A stretch of 64,000 nt of DNA from positions 672,001 to 736,000 of the forward strand of contig OY759729.1 in the NCBI GenBank assembly GCA_963662585.1, in the 5' to 3' direction. Source of the stretch: Candidatus Cloacimonadales bacterium. GTDB lineage: Bacteria > Cloacimonadota > Cloacimonadia > Cloacimonadales > JAFGVF01. Positions 1-9,901 of this stretch are shown here, one piece after another; within the stretch, counting starts at the first letter, position 1; each line of letters starts with the position of its first letter. The notes under the pieces were generated by a model that worked only from the letters and a program-made list of their open reading frames with translations, was not told where the DNA came from and ran no database searches. Both the position numbers and the translations under genes were made by a program.

Positions 1-46
1 TCTTCATTAATCTCTCAATCCTTTGTTCTCTTATTCTTTTATCCAT
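1..46 (-). CDS. 5' end of a gene running off the window (MDKRIREQRIERLMK...), probably the next gene of the polysaccharide operon
   Basis: ATG at 46 on the minus strand, 4 bp after the stop of the upstream gene, with AGGT upstream; frame open to the window edge. Confidence 0.5.
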   Translation of the reverse strand, partial: MDKRIREQRIERLMK

Positions 47-50
47 AATT

Positions 51-1355
51 TTACCTGTTCTTTTTATTTTTCCATTTATAAACACGATAGATAAAAAGTG
101 GGTTTCCGATAATATATCGCTTCCACATTCTTTTTGGTTCTTTAATCAATCTAAAGAACCATTCTAAGCCAACTTCTCTCATCCATTTTGGAGCTCTGGT
201 CATCTCTCCTGAATAAAAATCAAACAGACCACCGACTCCCATTAAAACTTGAGCTTTGAGTTTTGGCATATTTTCGCCAATCCATTTTTCTTGTAAAGGG
301 ACTCCAAAAGCGACTAAGAGAATATTAGCTTGAGAAGCATTTATTTCAGAAACAATGGAGGCACTATCTTTCTTCCAATCAAAATATCCATTTCGTGTCC
401 CTACAATTTTTAGTTTAGGAAATTTTTCTTCAAGTTTTTTTTTCATTTTTTCTGCCACTCCTGCTTTTGAGCCAAAAAGAAAGATTGAATAACTCTTTTT
501 TTCACTCAATTCACATAAGTAGGGAAGCATATCGGTTCCATTTACATTTTCAAGAAGCGGAGTCTTTAGTATATTGCAAGCTATGCTAATACCTATTCCA
601 TCTGGGAAAATATAATCTGCTTCTTCTAGTATAGAGAAATAATCATTATCCTTATATAATTTATTCATACAATCCGGATTAACAAAAAAGAATTTCTTTT
701 TTTTCCCAGAATCAATTGTCTCTTCAATAATATCTATACCTTGTTTCATTGATATATTATCAAATTCCAGATCAAAAATATTCAATTTTTCTTGGTAATT
801 ATCTGCAGAGCTTCTGTACATAAGAGCTGGTATAGTTTTAATTATTATGGAAATATCTCGCTTTAAGCTTTTTGTGGCTAAATATTCTAATTCTGTAATA
901 ATTAATCCTTCATGAGCAATTTTAGTACTTTCTCTAATGAACCAGAGATTAAATATTCCAGGATAGGCATATTTAGTAATTAATGCTAAATTATCATCGA
1001 GGGGAAGATCCCCAGATAAGAAACTATTTCCGACAAAATGCACCCTACCAATGAGTATTTGAAAAATAAGAGAACTTTGTTTTAGAAGTTGACCTTGAAG
1101 ATTATAAAATCTTACATCTAAAAGCTCTGAATTATGTCCTAGAATGGTCTTTGATTCATAGACTGGAATCCCTTTAAACATTTTTCTACAACAGAGTATC
1201 AAGAAAGTAGGGATTGTGAAGAATATTAGCACCAAAACAATAAACACAAGTTGGAATAGTTTTGACAAAACAAAGCGTATTCCTCTAATTAAGGAATTAC
1301 TCTTTGATTTTTCAAATCTATTAACAATCATCTGTTTATAATCTTGTTCTGACAT
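51..1355 (-). CDS. WecB/TagA/CpsF-family glycosyltransferase with N-terminal degenerate sugar-transferase-like region
   Basis: Motifs FVNPD, PDGIG, NGTD, GVPLQEKW, GVGGLFDF, RAPKWM, GLEWFFRLIKEPKRMWKRY. Confidence 0.9.
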   Translation of the reverse strand: MSEQDYKQMIVNRFEKSKSNSLIRGIRFVLSKLFQLVFIVLVLIFFTIPTFLILCCRKMFKGIPVYESKTILGHNSELLDVRFYNLQGQLLKQSSLIFQILIGRVHFVGNSFLSGDLPLDDNLALITKYAYPGIFNLWFIRESTKIAHEGLIITELEYLATKSLKRDISIIIKTIPALMYRSSADNYQEKLNIFDLEFDNISMKQGIDIIEETIDSGKKKKFFFVNPDCMNKLYKDNDYFSILEEADYIFPDGIGISIACNILKTPLLENVNGTDMLPYLCELSEKKSYSIFLFGSKAGVAEKMKKKLEEKFPKLKIVGTRNGYFDWKKDSASIVSEINASQANILLVAFGVPLQEKWIGENMPKLKAQVLMGVGGLFDFYSGEMTRAPKWMREVGLEWFFRLIKEPKRMWKRYIIGNPLFIYRVYKWKNKKNR

Positions 1356-2527
1356 TAGAATTTTACCTTAGCTTGATTTAAAATATTTTTGATTGATTTC
1401 AAAAAACAGGATTCGCAATAATGTTCTTTTACATAATCATATCCTGCTCTACCCCATTCTTCGATAACTTGAGGATTTTTATCTATATAGTCTAAGGCTT
1501 CAACTAAGCCTTCACTATTTTTCTTTTTAACTAGATACCCGTTTTCTTTATGGTGTAGCCACTCAGAAATCCCACCTATATCAAAACCTACTACTGGGAC
1601 CATACGACTAAAAGCCTCGATTCCAATTAAGCCAAAGGGTTCTTGCCAGCGAGATGGTACAATAACCAAATCAGCTTGGGAATAATATTTATCAACATCA
1701 CTAGCCCAACCAACCAATTCGATTTTTTTATTAAGTCCGTAGAGTCTGATTAGCTTATCTAAATATTCATAATCATTACCACTTCCAACAATTTTTAATG
1801 TATAATCATGTTTTAAGTGCCTACAAGCTTCAATTAAAATATCTACACCTTTCCCTCTTATTAATTGCCCCATAAAAAGATAATTAGCGCTATATTTTTT
1901 GTGCTTAAAATTATTATCAATAGGACTTACTTCATGGATAGGATAAATTCTATATACAGTGTCCATATTCCACTTGTTTAAATCTAAATTACGCATCATA
2001 TATTTGGATAAAACTATGGTAGCATCAGCATCTTTCACTTCATTAGTTAAGGCAATTTTCTCTTGCCCCTTAATTAAAGAGAAACCGAGGGCTTTAGATC
2101 TATCTCTTTTTAATAAAAGTGAACACATTGAACAATATATTTTATTCATAGGAAGCGGGCAATTTATTCTCTTAATAGGAAAATATTTGTGCTTTCTAAA
2201 ACAATAGTAGTCATGATCGTGAATAGTAGAAACAGTATAGAAGTTCTTATTTAAAGCTGATAAAAGTTTAACATTGTTACTTTTATGAATAAATACTACT
2301 TCAATCTCTAAAGCATAAAATTCTTTGATTAGAGAATCAATATTGTTTTCATTCCCAAAATACACTTCTTCAAATATATCTCCAAAGTCTCCTACATTAT
2401 CAACTTTCGATTCAAATAACCCATATAAGGTCCACTTCTCTTTCTTTAAGAATGAGCCTATTTTATGGATATATCTTTCAATACCACCAACATACCCAAA
2501 TATGGAATGATAAATTAAAGCTTTCAT
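1355..2527 (-). CDS. GT4 (GT-B) glycosyltransferase
   Basis: GGIERY, KGVDILIEA, PSRWQEPFGLIGIEA; Cys-rich insert; 1-bp overlap with the next gene. Confidence 0.9.
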   Translation of the reverse strand: MKALIYHSIFGYVGGIERYIHKIGSFLKKEKWTLYGLFESKVDNVGDFGDIFEEVYFGNENNIDSLIKEFYALEIEVVFIHKSNNVKLLSALNKNFYTVSTIHDHDYYCFRKHKYFPIKRINCPLPMNKIYCSMCSLLLKRDRSKALGFSLIKGQEKIALTNEVKDADATIVLSKYMMRNLDLNKWNMDTVYRIYPIHEVSPIDNNFKHKKYSANYLFMGQLIRGKGVDILIEACRHLKHDYTLKIVGSGNDYEYLDKLIRLYGLNKKIELVGWASDVDKYYSQADLVIVPSRWQEPFGLIGIEAFSRMVPVVGFDIGGISEWLHHKENGYLVKKKNSEGLVEALDYIDKNPQVIEEWGRAGYDYVKEHYCESCFLKSIKNILNQAKVKF

Positions 2528-2532
2528 AGAAT

Positions 2533-4932
2533 TTATTTCTTTTCCAAACTATCATATACCCGTAGATATAGATTTGTTAAATACTGATAAGTATACTTCT
2601 TTTCTACAAGTTCTTTTCCTTTTTTTGCATACTGACCCAAGAGGGATCTTTCATTATAAGCTTTAATCATTTTCACTGCACATGTTTTAGAATCCTCTCG
2701 AGGGAATAAATAACCATTTACACCATCAATAACTAAGTTAGGATCAACAACATCACTCTGAATAACAGGAGTTTCGCTAATCCATGATTCCACAACAACT
2801 GCTCCTGAGTTCATAAATCTTACTGGGATAACATGGATATCAGAGTATTTCAACCAGCCTAAAACCTCATCCCTCTCTATCATTCCAGTGAAGATAACTT
2901 TGTCAGTTAAATCATTTTTCCTAATATATTTCTGCATTTCATCATAAAATTCTGGTTCGTAATCGAATCGTCCGACAAACACTAATTTGGCTTTTGGAAT
3001 TTCCTTAGATACCTGGTTGAAAGCGCGTAAGGCAATATCTTGACCCTTCACATTACAGATTCTCCCCAAAACTAAATAAACGAAATCTGAATTACTAAGG
3101 CCATACTTCTGTCTTGGATTAGGTTTTTCCCCTCTATATTCATCTAAAAGAATTGGAACAGGAGAGTATTCAACATTTTTGTTGTATTTTTTATAAAACT
3201 CAATTTCTTTATCAGAAATAGCAAAAATATAATCAAATCTTTTCAAGAAGTATGTTTGTTTAGGACTAGGTTTATGAAATCTCAAAATGTTAGGGTTAAT
3301 TGTTCCTTCTTTCTTGATGATAGAAGCATAGTCTAAATAATCAAAAGAGGCTAAAACAATAGGAGTTTTAGAAAGTTTAGCAGCGAAGAAGGCAATCATA
3401 TTATTAGGATTAATAGCTGGGAAAACCTGAACCACATCATAGTTACCGAAATAAATTAAACCAAAGACATCAAAACAGACAGTTTTAGCAGCTTTATTCG
3501 GATAGACTTTCTTTCTGTTATAAAAATCTTTCAATCGATAAACAGTAATACCATCCATAACTTCTAAATATGGTTTATCAATTCTTTTAGGGCAAATCAC
3601 AGTAACATCATTTGTTTCAGCTAGCATTCTTGCTTGATAATAAATATTTGTCTCAGCTCCACCCACTTCAGGATAAAACCTATTAGTAACGATACAAATT
3701 CTTTTTCCCACATTTACTTTCATTTTATCTCCTGTGCGATCACTTACTTCATATTTATATTTCTCTTGAGTATAGCTAAGCAACTGCTGTTCTACAACTC
3801 TTTCCTCATAATATTGCATACACTTATTAAATAGATTATCTCCTAGTTCAGAAAAATCCTCAGGATTATGCAAAAAATCATATAGTTTTGAGATGATACG
3901 ATCAGCATCGTCTTCAATAATTATCTCATTATCAGAGAAATCAAAACCTTCAGCTCCAATAGATGAAGTAATAATAACTTTCTTTAAAGCAGCAGCTTCC
4001 AAAATTCTCGTGCGTGTCCCAGAAGCAATTCTTAGGGGTAGAAAGACCAAAGAAGCTCCATTTATATAACTATTAATATCATCAACAGGACCTACAATCT
4101 TTAAAATTTCATCTTGATACTCATATTGCCAAGCCAAAGGATTTTTTCCTACAACAAAAACTTTCATTCCTAACTCAGCTAGTAGTGAACGAATATGAGG
4201 ATAGATTTCTGTAACAAAGAATTTAAAACCATCTTGATTTGCCACAGAATTCATTGTGCCGAAAATTAATATATATTTATCTTGATCTAATATTGGAATA
4301 TTCTCTCTTGATACTTGCTTGAACATATTTGGTAGGACTTTAAAATATTTCTCTCTGTGTTCTAAATTTAATTTTTCAATTATTAAGTCTCTTTCGTGAT
4401 TATTAGTGAAGAGAAATATAAAATTGTTTTTAAAAAATGATGATTCAAATTTCTCTAATTTCTTTTTTTCAAAGAAGAAGTACTTATTTTTAAAACTTGG
4501 GTTATCTTCCCAGTTCATAGCAGCAATCCTGGAGAAAAGCATATCAACATCGACAACAATTTGGGCATCAGAGAGGACTTTACTAGCTTCGATTGCTAAT
4601 AAACCAGGTGAGATAAATCTGATGAAAATAAGATCATATCTATTACTTCTTAATATTGTAGCATACCTTGATAATTCACTTTTGGAAAATTCATAAATAG
4701 CATCAGATTTACTAAACCTTTCATGTTCTACTTCAAGGAAATAGGTATTATTCTCACAGTGGTGATCATTTACTGAATTTGTTGATTTACTATCTTGCAA
4801 TAATAGAAGATCTGCCTCAAAATTCTCTTTTAAAATTCTCCATAAAAAGTTTGATCTGTTTTTATCTCCGCCGTGAATACCATAAAAGGGCACATCAATA
4901 TATAAAATTTTTTTTCTCACTGTCCACCCCAA
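2533..4932 (-). CDS. Tandem double GT4 glycosyltransferase (799 aa; true start may be GTG near 4920)
   Basis: Two GT-B units: SGTRTRILEAAA...GAEG and FYPEVGGAE...KGQD...GAVVVESW. Confidence 0.85.
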   Translation of the reverse strand: MGWTVRKKILYIDVPFYGIHGGDKNRSNFLWRILKENFEADLLLLQDSKSTNSVNDHHCENNTYFLEVEHERFSKSDAIYEFSKSELSRYATILRSNRYDLIFIRFISPGLLAIEASKVLSDAQIVVDVDMLFSRIAAMNWEDNPSFKNKYFFFEKKKLEKFESSFFKNNFIFLFTNNHERDLIIEKLNLEHREKYFKVLPNMFKQVSRENIPILDQDKYILIFGTMNSVANQDGFKFFVTEIYPHIRSLLAELGMKVFVVGKNPLAWQYEYQDEILKIVGPVDDINSYINGASLVFLPLRIASGTRTRILEAAALKKVIITSSIGAEGFDFSDNEIIIEDDADRIISKLYDFLHNPEDFSELGDNLFNKCMQYYEERVVEQQLLSYTQEKYKYEVSDRTGDKMKVNVGKRICIVTNRFYPEVGGAETNIYYQARMLAETNDVTVICPKRIDKPYLEVMDGITVYRLKDFYNRKKVYPNKAAKTVCFDVFGLIYFGNYDVVQVFPAINPNNMIAFFAAKLSKTPIVLASFDYLDYASIIKKEGTINPNILRFHKPSPKQTYFLKRFDYIFAISDKEIEFYKKYNKNVEYSPVPILLDEYRGEKPNPRQKYGLSNSDFVYLVLGRICNVKGQDIALRAFNQVSKEIPKAKLVFVGRFDYEPEFYDEMQKYIRKNDLTDKVIFTGMIERDEVLGWLKYSDIHVIPVRFMNSGAVVVESWISETPVIQSDVVDPNLVIDGVNGYLFPREDSKTCAVKMIKAYNERSLLGQYAKKGKELVEKKYTYQYLTNLYLRVYDSLEKK

Positions 4933-5254
4933 TTTTTAATTTTTATGAAGCTATAAAACTTTCAATTAATTAAATTATAAGTTATATTCTCTTTTAGACA
5001 CAATTTTTTTTTATTTTGCCTAAAATAATGTTTAGTTATTTTTATCACTCTCTTTTACCCATTATATGAAAAATGTTTTATACTGTCAAATTAAATTTTT
5101 CAAACTAGAAATACTTTCTTATTATTTTGTATTTCCAGCCTTAGAAGACATTAATAGTTTGGTAAAAATAAGGCTCTTGAGCGAGTCTGGAAGAAGCAAT
5201 ATTATGAAAAACCACTGTCCTAATAAGGCTCCTTGCTTCAAGTGTAAAATAAAA

Positions 5255-5306
5255 TAGCCTAAGGCCTTATTCTAATGTTTTAAATGAATAAGAATACCTT
5301 AGGCTA
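5255..5306. terminator. Stem-loop downstream of copZ-like gene
   Basis: tagcctaagg...ccttaggcta inverted repeat. Confidence 0.4.
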
Positions 5307-5416
5307 TAATTATATAATCCCTTTTAGGAAATGTAATTCTTGCAGATCTAATCAATAAAGTATCATCTATAACACCTGCCAATTCCATTGAACTTTAACA
5401 TTAGCAGAATTAATTA

Positions 5417-5620
5417 CTATTTCTCTACTTCATATCCAGCTTGGGTGATAGTTTCAATTATTACTTCAGAAGATACATCTCCAAAAACCTGAATCTTTTT
5501 TTCCTCTAGATTGAAAGCAAGCTCTTCAATACCATCGATGGTCTTTAGAGCTTTCTCAATAGTCCTTACACAATGATTACAGTTCATATTCAACACTTTA
5601 AAAACTTGCTTATTAGCCAT
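5417..5620 (-). CDS. copZ: CopZ-like heavy-metal-associated (HMA) chaperone
   Basis: 67 aa with MNCNHC and C-terminal AGYEV; GAGG RBS. Confidence 0.85.
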   Translation of the reverse strand: MANKQVFKVLNMNCNHCVRTIEKALKTIDGIEELAFNLEEKKIQVFGDVSSEVIIETITQAGYEVEK

Positions 5621-5630
5621 AATTACCTCA

Positions 5631-6701
5631 TTATTTATTAGTTATTTTAGATTTTACATATTTAGATAAGGATAGGATAAAAAATACTGTAAATATTAAT
5701 GTTAAACCAGTTAACCACCAATACATCTCCTCGTGATGAACCATTTCATTTACTGTCTCAGGAGTAGGAAATTTTGTTACTGTATAAATGTAATTTACGA
5801 TTAATCCACCTAAAACACCTGTAATTGTGATAACTGATAGATAGACAGAGATTATCTTTCTCCCCATGCTTTTAGCTATTAAGGTTATTGTGGCAATATT
5901 TGTTGCTGGACCAACCACCAAAAAGACAAATATAGCTCCTGGTAATAATCCCTTGGCAAAAAGAGCTAAAGCTATTGGAAGAGAACTAGTATCGCAGACA
6001 TAAAGAGGTATTCCTATAAGTAAGACAAGCAGAATTTGGAAGAAGTAATTTCCCTCTACATAAGAGAAGAGACTGTTTGGTATTATCGAAATTAATCCAG
6101 CTAAAATTATACCTACTACTAACTGTGGAGCTAAATCATCTAAAAACTCAATATAAGCATAATGGAAAAATTCAGCCAACTTATTTCTTTTTGTCTTGCT
6201 ATCATGGTCTTCATGTTTATGGGAACAACAAGCTGAAGTACAAGTAGCTTCAGCTTTAAGGTTACTTACTTCTTGGTCATTATAAGTAAATAAATCTGTA
6301 ACAAGGCCCCCAATAATACCTGACACAAGGGCATACAAGGGTTTAAAAATTGCAAAGATTGGACCTAACATTGCATAAGTTGGAACAATATTATCTACAC
6401 CTGTTTGCGGGGTTGAAATAAGAAAAGATACAGTAGCCCCTGAAGAAGCCCCACTTTTCTTTAATTGAAAAGCTGTTGGTATTACTCCACAAGAGCACAA
6501 GGGCATCGGAACTCCCAATAAGGATGCTTTGACAGAAGACCAAAGTCCCTTTTTCCCCAGATATTTGGTTATGAACTCTGTTCCGACGAAGATATGCAGT
6601 ATTCCTGCAAAGCTTAATCCAATTAAAAGAAAAGGTGCTATATTTAAATAGACCTCATAGACTGCTAGACTAATATCACTTAACATTAAAACTCCACTCA
6701 T
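5631..6701 (-). CDS. ArsP_1 / SO_0444-type heavy-metal permease (start probably 6686)
   Basis: PLCSCGVIP, FLISTPQTGVD, PLYVC, GPATN, Cys/His-rich loop CTSACCSHKHEDHD; multiple TM segments. Confidence 0.85.
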   Translation of the reverse strand: MSGVLMLSDISLAVYEVYLNIAPFLLIGLSFAGILHIFVGTEFITKYLGKKGLWSSVKASLLGVPMPLCSCGVIPTAFQLKKSGASSGATVSFLISTPQTGVDNIVPTYAMLGPIFAIFKPLYALVSGIIGGLVTDLFTYNDQEVSNLKAEATCTSACCSHKHEDHDSKTKRNKLAEFFHYAYIEFLDDLAPQLVVGIILAGLISIIPNSLFSYVEGNYFFQILLVLLIGIPLYVCDTSSLPIALALFAKGLLPGAIFVFLVVGPATNIATITLIAKSMGRKIISVYLSVITITGVLGGLIVNYIYTVTKFPTPETVNEMVHHEEMYWWLTGLTLIFTVFFILSLSKYVKSKITNK

Positions 6702-7019
6702 TTTATTTGTTTGTCGTTAAATAATAAATGTAATTTATCAATAAACAAGAAAAAACTATTTTTCTCACCTTATTTTATGACTTATCAATATTTTAAGGCA
6801 TTTTTATCTATTTATCAATTACCCAATATACTCCTTTTTTTCTAAAATTCTAAATTTAGATTGACAGATAGAATATCTTCTTAATAATAATAAAAAATAA
6901 AGTTTTCAAAGATTTTTACCCAAAAAATACTTTTGATTAGTTCTTATTCGAAAGTAATATCAATTTATTAAGATTTTATTTATCTTAGATTTCATATATT
7001 TTATGGAAAAGGAGTTAAA

Positions 7020-7967
7020 ATGAATAGAATAACAATGTTAATTCTAATTGTAGTTTTTATGGCACTAAATGTAGCTTGTAATAAGAAAGAAATTGAAGTT
7101 AAAGAGGTTAATCCTCAGTACTCTCAAAGTGATGTAAGAAATAGAAATCTTAAAGATGCTATTGAAAATTTTAATCAAGGTTACTTCCGTGCTGCAAACA
7201 GCAGTCTTTATGAAGCTAGTAGCCAAAGACTAAGAGATGAAGATCTTATAGTTTTAAATGACCTTAAAGAAAAGATTGAAGAGAAAACAGATACTGCTTT
7301 AAAGACTCTTGATTCTTTGGCTGTAAAAGGAAAACTTTATTCTTATGATTTTGAATACAATACTATTCATAAAAATTTTGAAATTTCTACCTATAGACAA
7401 AGAGTAGAAGAATCTAAGAAAAAATATTTAGCAAGAGTTAAAACAGAAAATGATAATTATCTGAAATCGTTTTATTCTTATATCGAGGAGCTCAATGACA
7501 TAACCTCACTTACATTAAATAATCAAAAGAAAGATTATATTTCTAAGACTTCTCGTTTAAAGTTAAGAGTTGTTATTGATGGTTATGAAGTTCCACAGAT
7601 ATTTCTTGATTTCCATCCTTCCCAAAAAGAACCAGTATTAGAAACCCTTAAGTTTAAGAGCACAAATGCTGAAGTATTCTTTGATAAGAAGAGCATGTTA
7701 ATTGGTGATTATAATCTTGCAACCTCTAAGATTATTTCTTTTAATTTGCTAGATCCTAATTCTGAAGTAAATATTAAGAACTTCGAACAAATGCTTAATG
7801 ATGGAACAATCACTGTATCTCTAAAATGGTTTTACGAACCTGAGAGTTTTAATATTTCAGGTAAAGCAATTAAAGAACTTCAAGAAGTGTTTAATATTTT
7901 CCAGAAGATTATTCAAGAATACAAAAACAATGAAGATAAAATATATACACCTAAACATGTGAAATAA
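7020..7967 (+). CDS. Hypothetical lipoprotein
   Basis: AAGGAG RBS; lipobox LNVAC; TTGACA at 6861. Confidence 0.75.
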   Translation: MNRITMLILIVVFMALNVACNKKEIEVKEVNPQYSQSDVRNRNLKDAIENFNQGYFRAANSSLYEASSQRLRDEDLIVLNDLKEKIEEKTDTALKTLDSLAVKGKLYSYDFEYNTIHKNFEISTYRQRVEESKKKYLARVKTENDNYLKSFYSYIEELNDITSLTLNNQKKDYISKTSRLKLRVVIDGYEVPQIFLDFHPSQKEPVLETLKFKSTNAEVFFDKKSMLIGDYNLATSKIISFNLLDPNSEVNIKNFEQMLNDGTITVSLKWFYEPESFNISGKAIKELQEVFNIFQKIIQEYKNNEDKIYTPKHVK

Positions 7968-8090
7968 TTAAATTTAAATAATATTCTAAGGGATAAAGTG
8001 ATTAGCTTGTTACTATAACAAACTATCATTTTATCCCTTTTTATTAGCTTTGAGCTCCTAAAGCACCTACTTAGCTCTTGAAGTTTAATA

Positions 8091-8185
8091 CTCCTCCCTT
8101 GCTCCTTTACTGTCATCTCAATTTTGCTTCAAAAATTAATCAGATTGAGTGAGAAGGAGGAGGCAAAGATGAGGCTAAAAGAAAG
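8091..8185 (+). repeat. Dispersed ~100-bp intergenic repeat, inverted copy at ~39803-39898
   Basis: cccttgctccttYactgtcatctcaa core shared with the reverse complement of 39867-39892, with weaker similarity beyond it. Confidence 0.6.
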
Positions 8186-8292
8186 AATAGTGGAAAATAT
8201 AGAGGAAAGAAATTAGCTAAAATGAAGCCTATAATTTTACAGGATAAGGGATTGGGATTGATTATTTAATAATGGTTATGAGGGGAAATAAA

Positions 8293-8366
8293 TGGCTGGG
8301 GTACAGGGAATCGAACCCCGACACGAAGAACCAGAAACTCCTGTCCTACCATTAGACTATACCCCA
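8293..8366 (-). tRNA. tRNA-Gln(CTG)
   Basis: TGGGGTA...loop TTCTGGT...GGTTCGATTCC...TACCCCAGCCA, CCA encoded. Confidence 0.92.
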
Positions 8367-8399
8367 GCATATAAAAAGAAAAAATTTATAAAATAGTGA

Positions 8400-8474
8400 T
8401 GGCTGGGCTGCCAGGATTCGAACCCGGGAATGCATGGACCAAAACCATGTGACTTACCACTTGTCGACAGCCCA
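8400..8474 (-). tRNA. tRNA-Gln(TTG)
   Basis: Anticodon arm CATGG-TTTTGGT-CCATG, T-arm GGTTCGAATCC, CCA encoded. Confidence 0.95.
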
Positions 8475-8504
8475 ACACTATTTTATAAATTTTTTATTTA
8501 GGTA

Positions 8505-8595
8505 TGGCGGAGAAGGAGGGATTTGAACCCTCGGTAGGGGATTAGCCTACATACGCTTAGCAGGCGCACGCCTTAAGCCGCTCGGCCACCTCTCC
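8505..8595 (-). tRNA. tRNA-Ser(GCT)
   Basis: Anticodon arm TGCGC-CTGCTAA-GCGTA, long variable arm, G discriminator + CCA. Confidence 0.95.
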
Positions 8596-8604
8596 GTTCA
8601 AGAA

Positions 8605-8690
8605 TGGCGGAGAATGAGGGACTCGAACCCCCAAGGGCGAAGCCCGGCGGTTTTCAAGACCGCTGCCTTACCAATTAGGACTAATTCTCC
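8605..8690 (-). tRNA. tRNA-Ser(TGA)
   Basis: Anticodon arm GCGGT-CTTGAAA-ACCGC, variable arm GGGC-TTC-GCCC, CCA encoded. Confidence 0.93.
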
Positions 8691-8709
8691 GTTCGAAATA
8701 TGTATTAGC

Positions 8710-8738
8710 AATATCTCAAAAAGCAGTTTTTATGTCAA
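8710..8738 (-). promoter_or_regulatory. Sigma70-type promoter of the tRNA cluster
   Basis: TTGACA-N17-GATATT about 20 bp upstream of the first tRNA. Confidence 0.6.
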
Positions 8739-8871
8739 TATTTTTTTTAATTTATTTTAAATTTAATCTAATCAGAATTAGCTTTTTGATTAATTATTAA
8801 GCAGTTATAAATATAAAAAAAGTTTTTAGATAGGCCATAAATTCTAGTTTTTTAAGATAAATCCATGTTTA

Positions 8872-8905
8872 TTTAGAGGGTAATTAATACAAATTACCCT
8901 CTAAA
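8872..8905 (-). terminator. Terminator hairpin closing the ferredoxin operon
   Basis: tttagagggtaatt...aattaccctctaaa about 12 bp after the 8918 stop. Confidence 0.7.
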
Positions 8906-8917
8906 ACCGACAAAAGG

Positions 8918-9901
8918 TCAATGATTAATTTTGAAAGTGAAATGAATTTTATCATCTTTATTTAGTTTCATAACAGAGTTTCTTAAGAAATTAGTAATTT
9001 TTTCTATAGGATAATCCGCTTCTACCACATAATAATGAATTTGGGCTAAATCTTCAGTGCTAAGACTCTCGATAAGATCTGAGTCTATTAGGTAGATTGT
9101 TCCTTTATCACTAATATTTGCATTGGTAATACTTGTTGAATTGATAGTGACAAAAGAGAATTTGTCTTCTTTCATAACAAAGAGTGAATCCGACAAGACA
9201 GAAAAATAATCTTTATTATCTACTTGAGCCATCAGTGTCATAGGGTATTGTTCTTCAGAAGGGTCTAGATAATAAGCTTGTGAGCTTATATAGATATCAT
9301 GGAACTTTACACTAGCAGAGAAAAGGAACCAAACGGCAATAGCAATAGAGGCTATCTGGGCAATAAACTTCAAATTCTTAATGTAGGCTAAGAATCCAGA
9401 GAAAGCTAATGGAATTAAAAAGATAGAAGTTCCGACAAAAAAGCCAAAAAAGAGAAGAGCTCCAGAGATAGGCCCTGCTAGATCAACTGCTTTTGAAAGA
9501 GCGATTAAGAAAGAAGGACAGAAATTTATTCCGGTAAAGACTCCTAATAAAAAAGCGCTGGAAGTAATTTTGGTTACTGCAGGGATATGACATTTTCCTT
9601 GTTTCTTTTTAGTTCTAATTACGCTTAAAACCATGAAAGTTGAAAGAAGAATGTAGGCAATAGCAGTAAAAATATCTCTATTTATAGTTGCAATATTACT
9701 GCCAATCCAACCAGCAAGCAGTCCGAATACTATGTAGGAAAAAAATCTACCTAAGGAAATTTCTAGCACTTTCCAGATATTTTTAGAGAAAGATCTATTC
9801 TCAGATATTAAGTAAGGCAAGTAAATAGGGGTACAACTAACCAAGCAAATGGTTCCTGTTGAGAATCCTAAAGTAAAACCTTCAATAATTGTTTTTATCA
9901 T
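8918..9901 (-). CDS. DsbD_2 / TauE-SafE-like multi-pass membrane protein with soluble C-terminal domain
   Basis: About 6 TM helices, GTICLVSCTP (CxxxC), LGRFFSY, GINFCP, FFVGT. Confidence 0.7.
   Translation of the reverse strand: MIKTIIEGFTLGFSTGTICLVSCTPIYLPYLISENRSFSKNIWKVLEISLGRFFSYIVFGLLAGWIGSNIATINRDIFTAIAYILLSTFMVLSVIRTKKKQGKCHIPAVTKITSSAFLLGVFTGINFCPSFLIALSKAVDLAGPISGALLFFGFFVGTSIFLIPLAFSGFLAYIKNLKFIAQIASIAIAVWFLFSASVKFHDIYISSQAYYLDPSEEQYPMTLMAQVDNKDYFSVLSDSLFVMKEDKFSFVTINSTSITNANISDKGTIYLIDSDLIESLSTEDLAQIHYYVVEADYPIEKITNFLRNSVMKLNKDDKIHFTFKINH

Noticed and set aside
5066..5257. 63-aa ORF with repeated aataaggctc
   Set aside because: Overlaps the likely promoter of the glycosyltransferase operon; no RBS or recognisable domain
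8605..8690. Selenocysteine or suppressor tRNA
   Set aside because: Anticodon is TGA (reads UCA, Ser), not TCA; acceptor stem is the normal 7 bp
8293..8690. tRNA-anchored prophage or integrative island
   Set aside because: No integrase and no duplicated tRNA 3' end was seen elsewhere in the window
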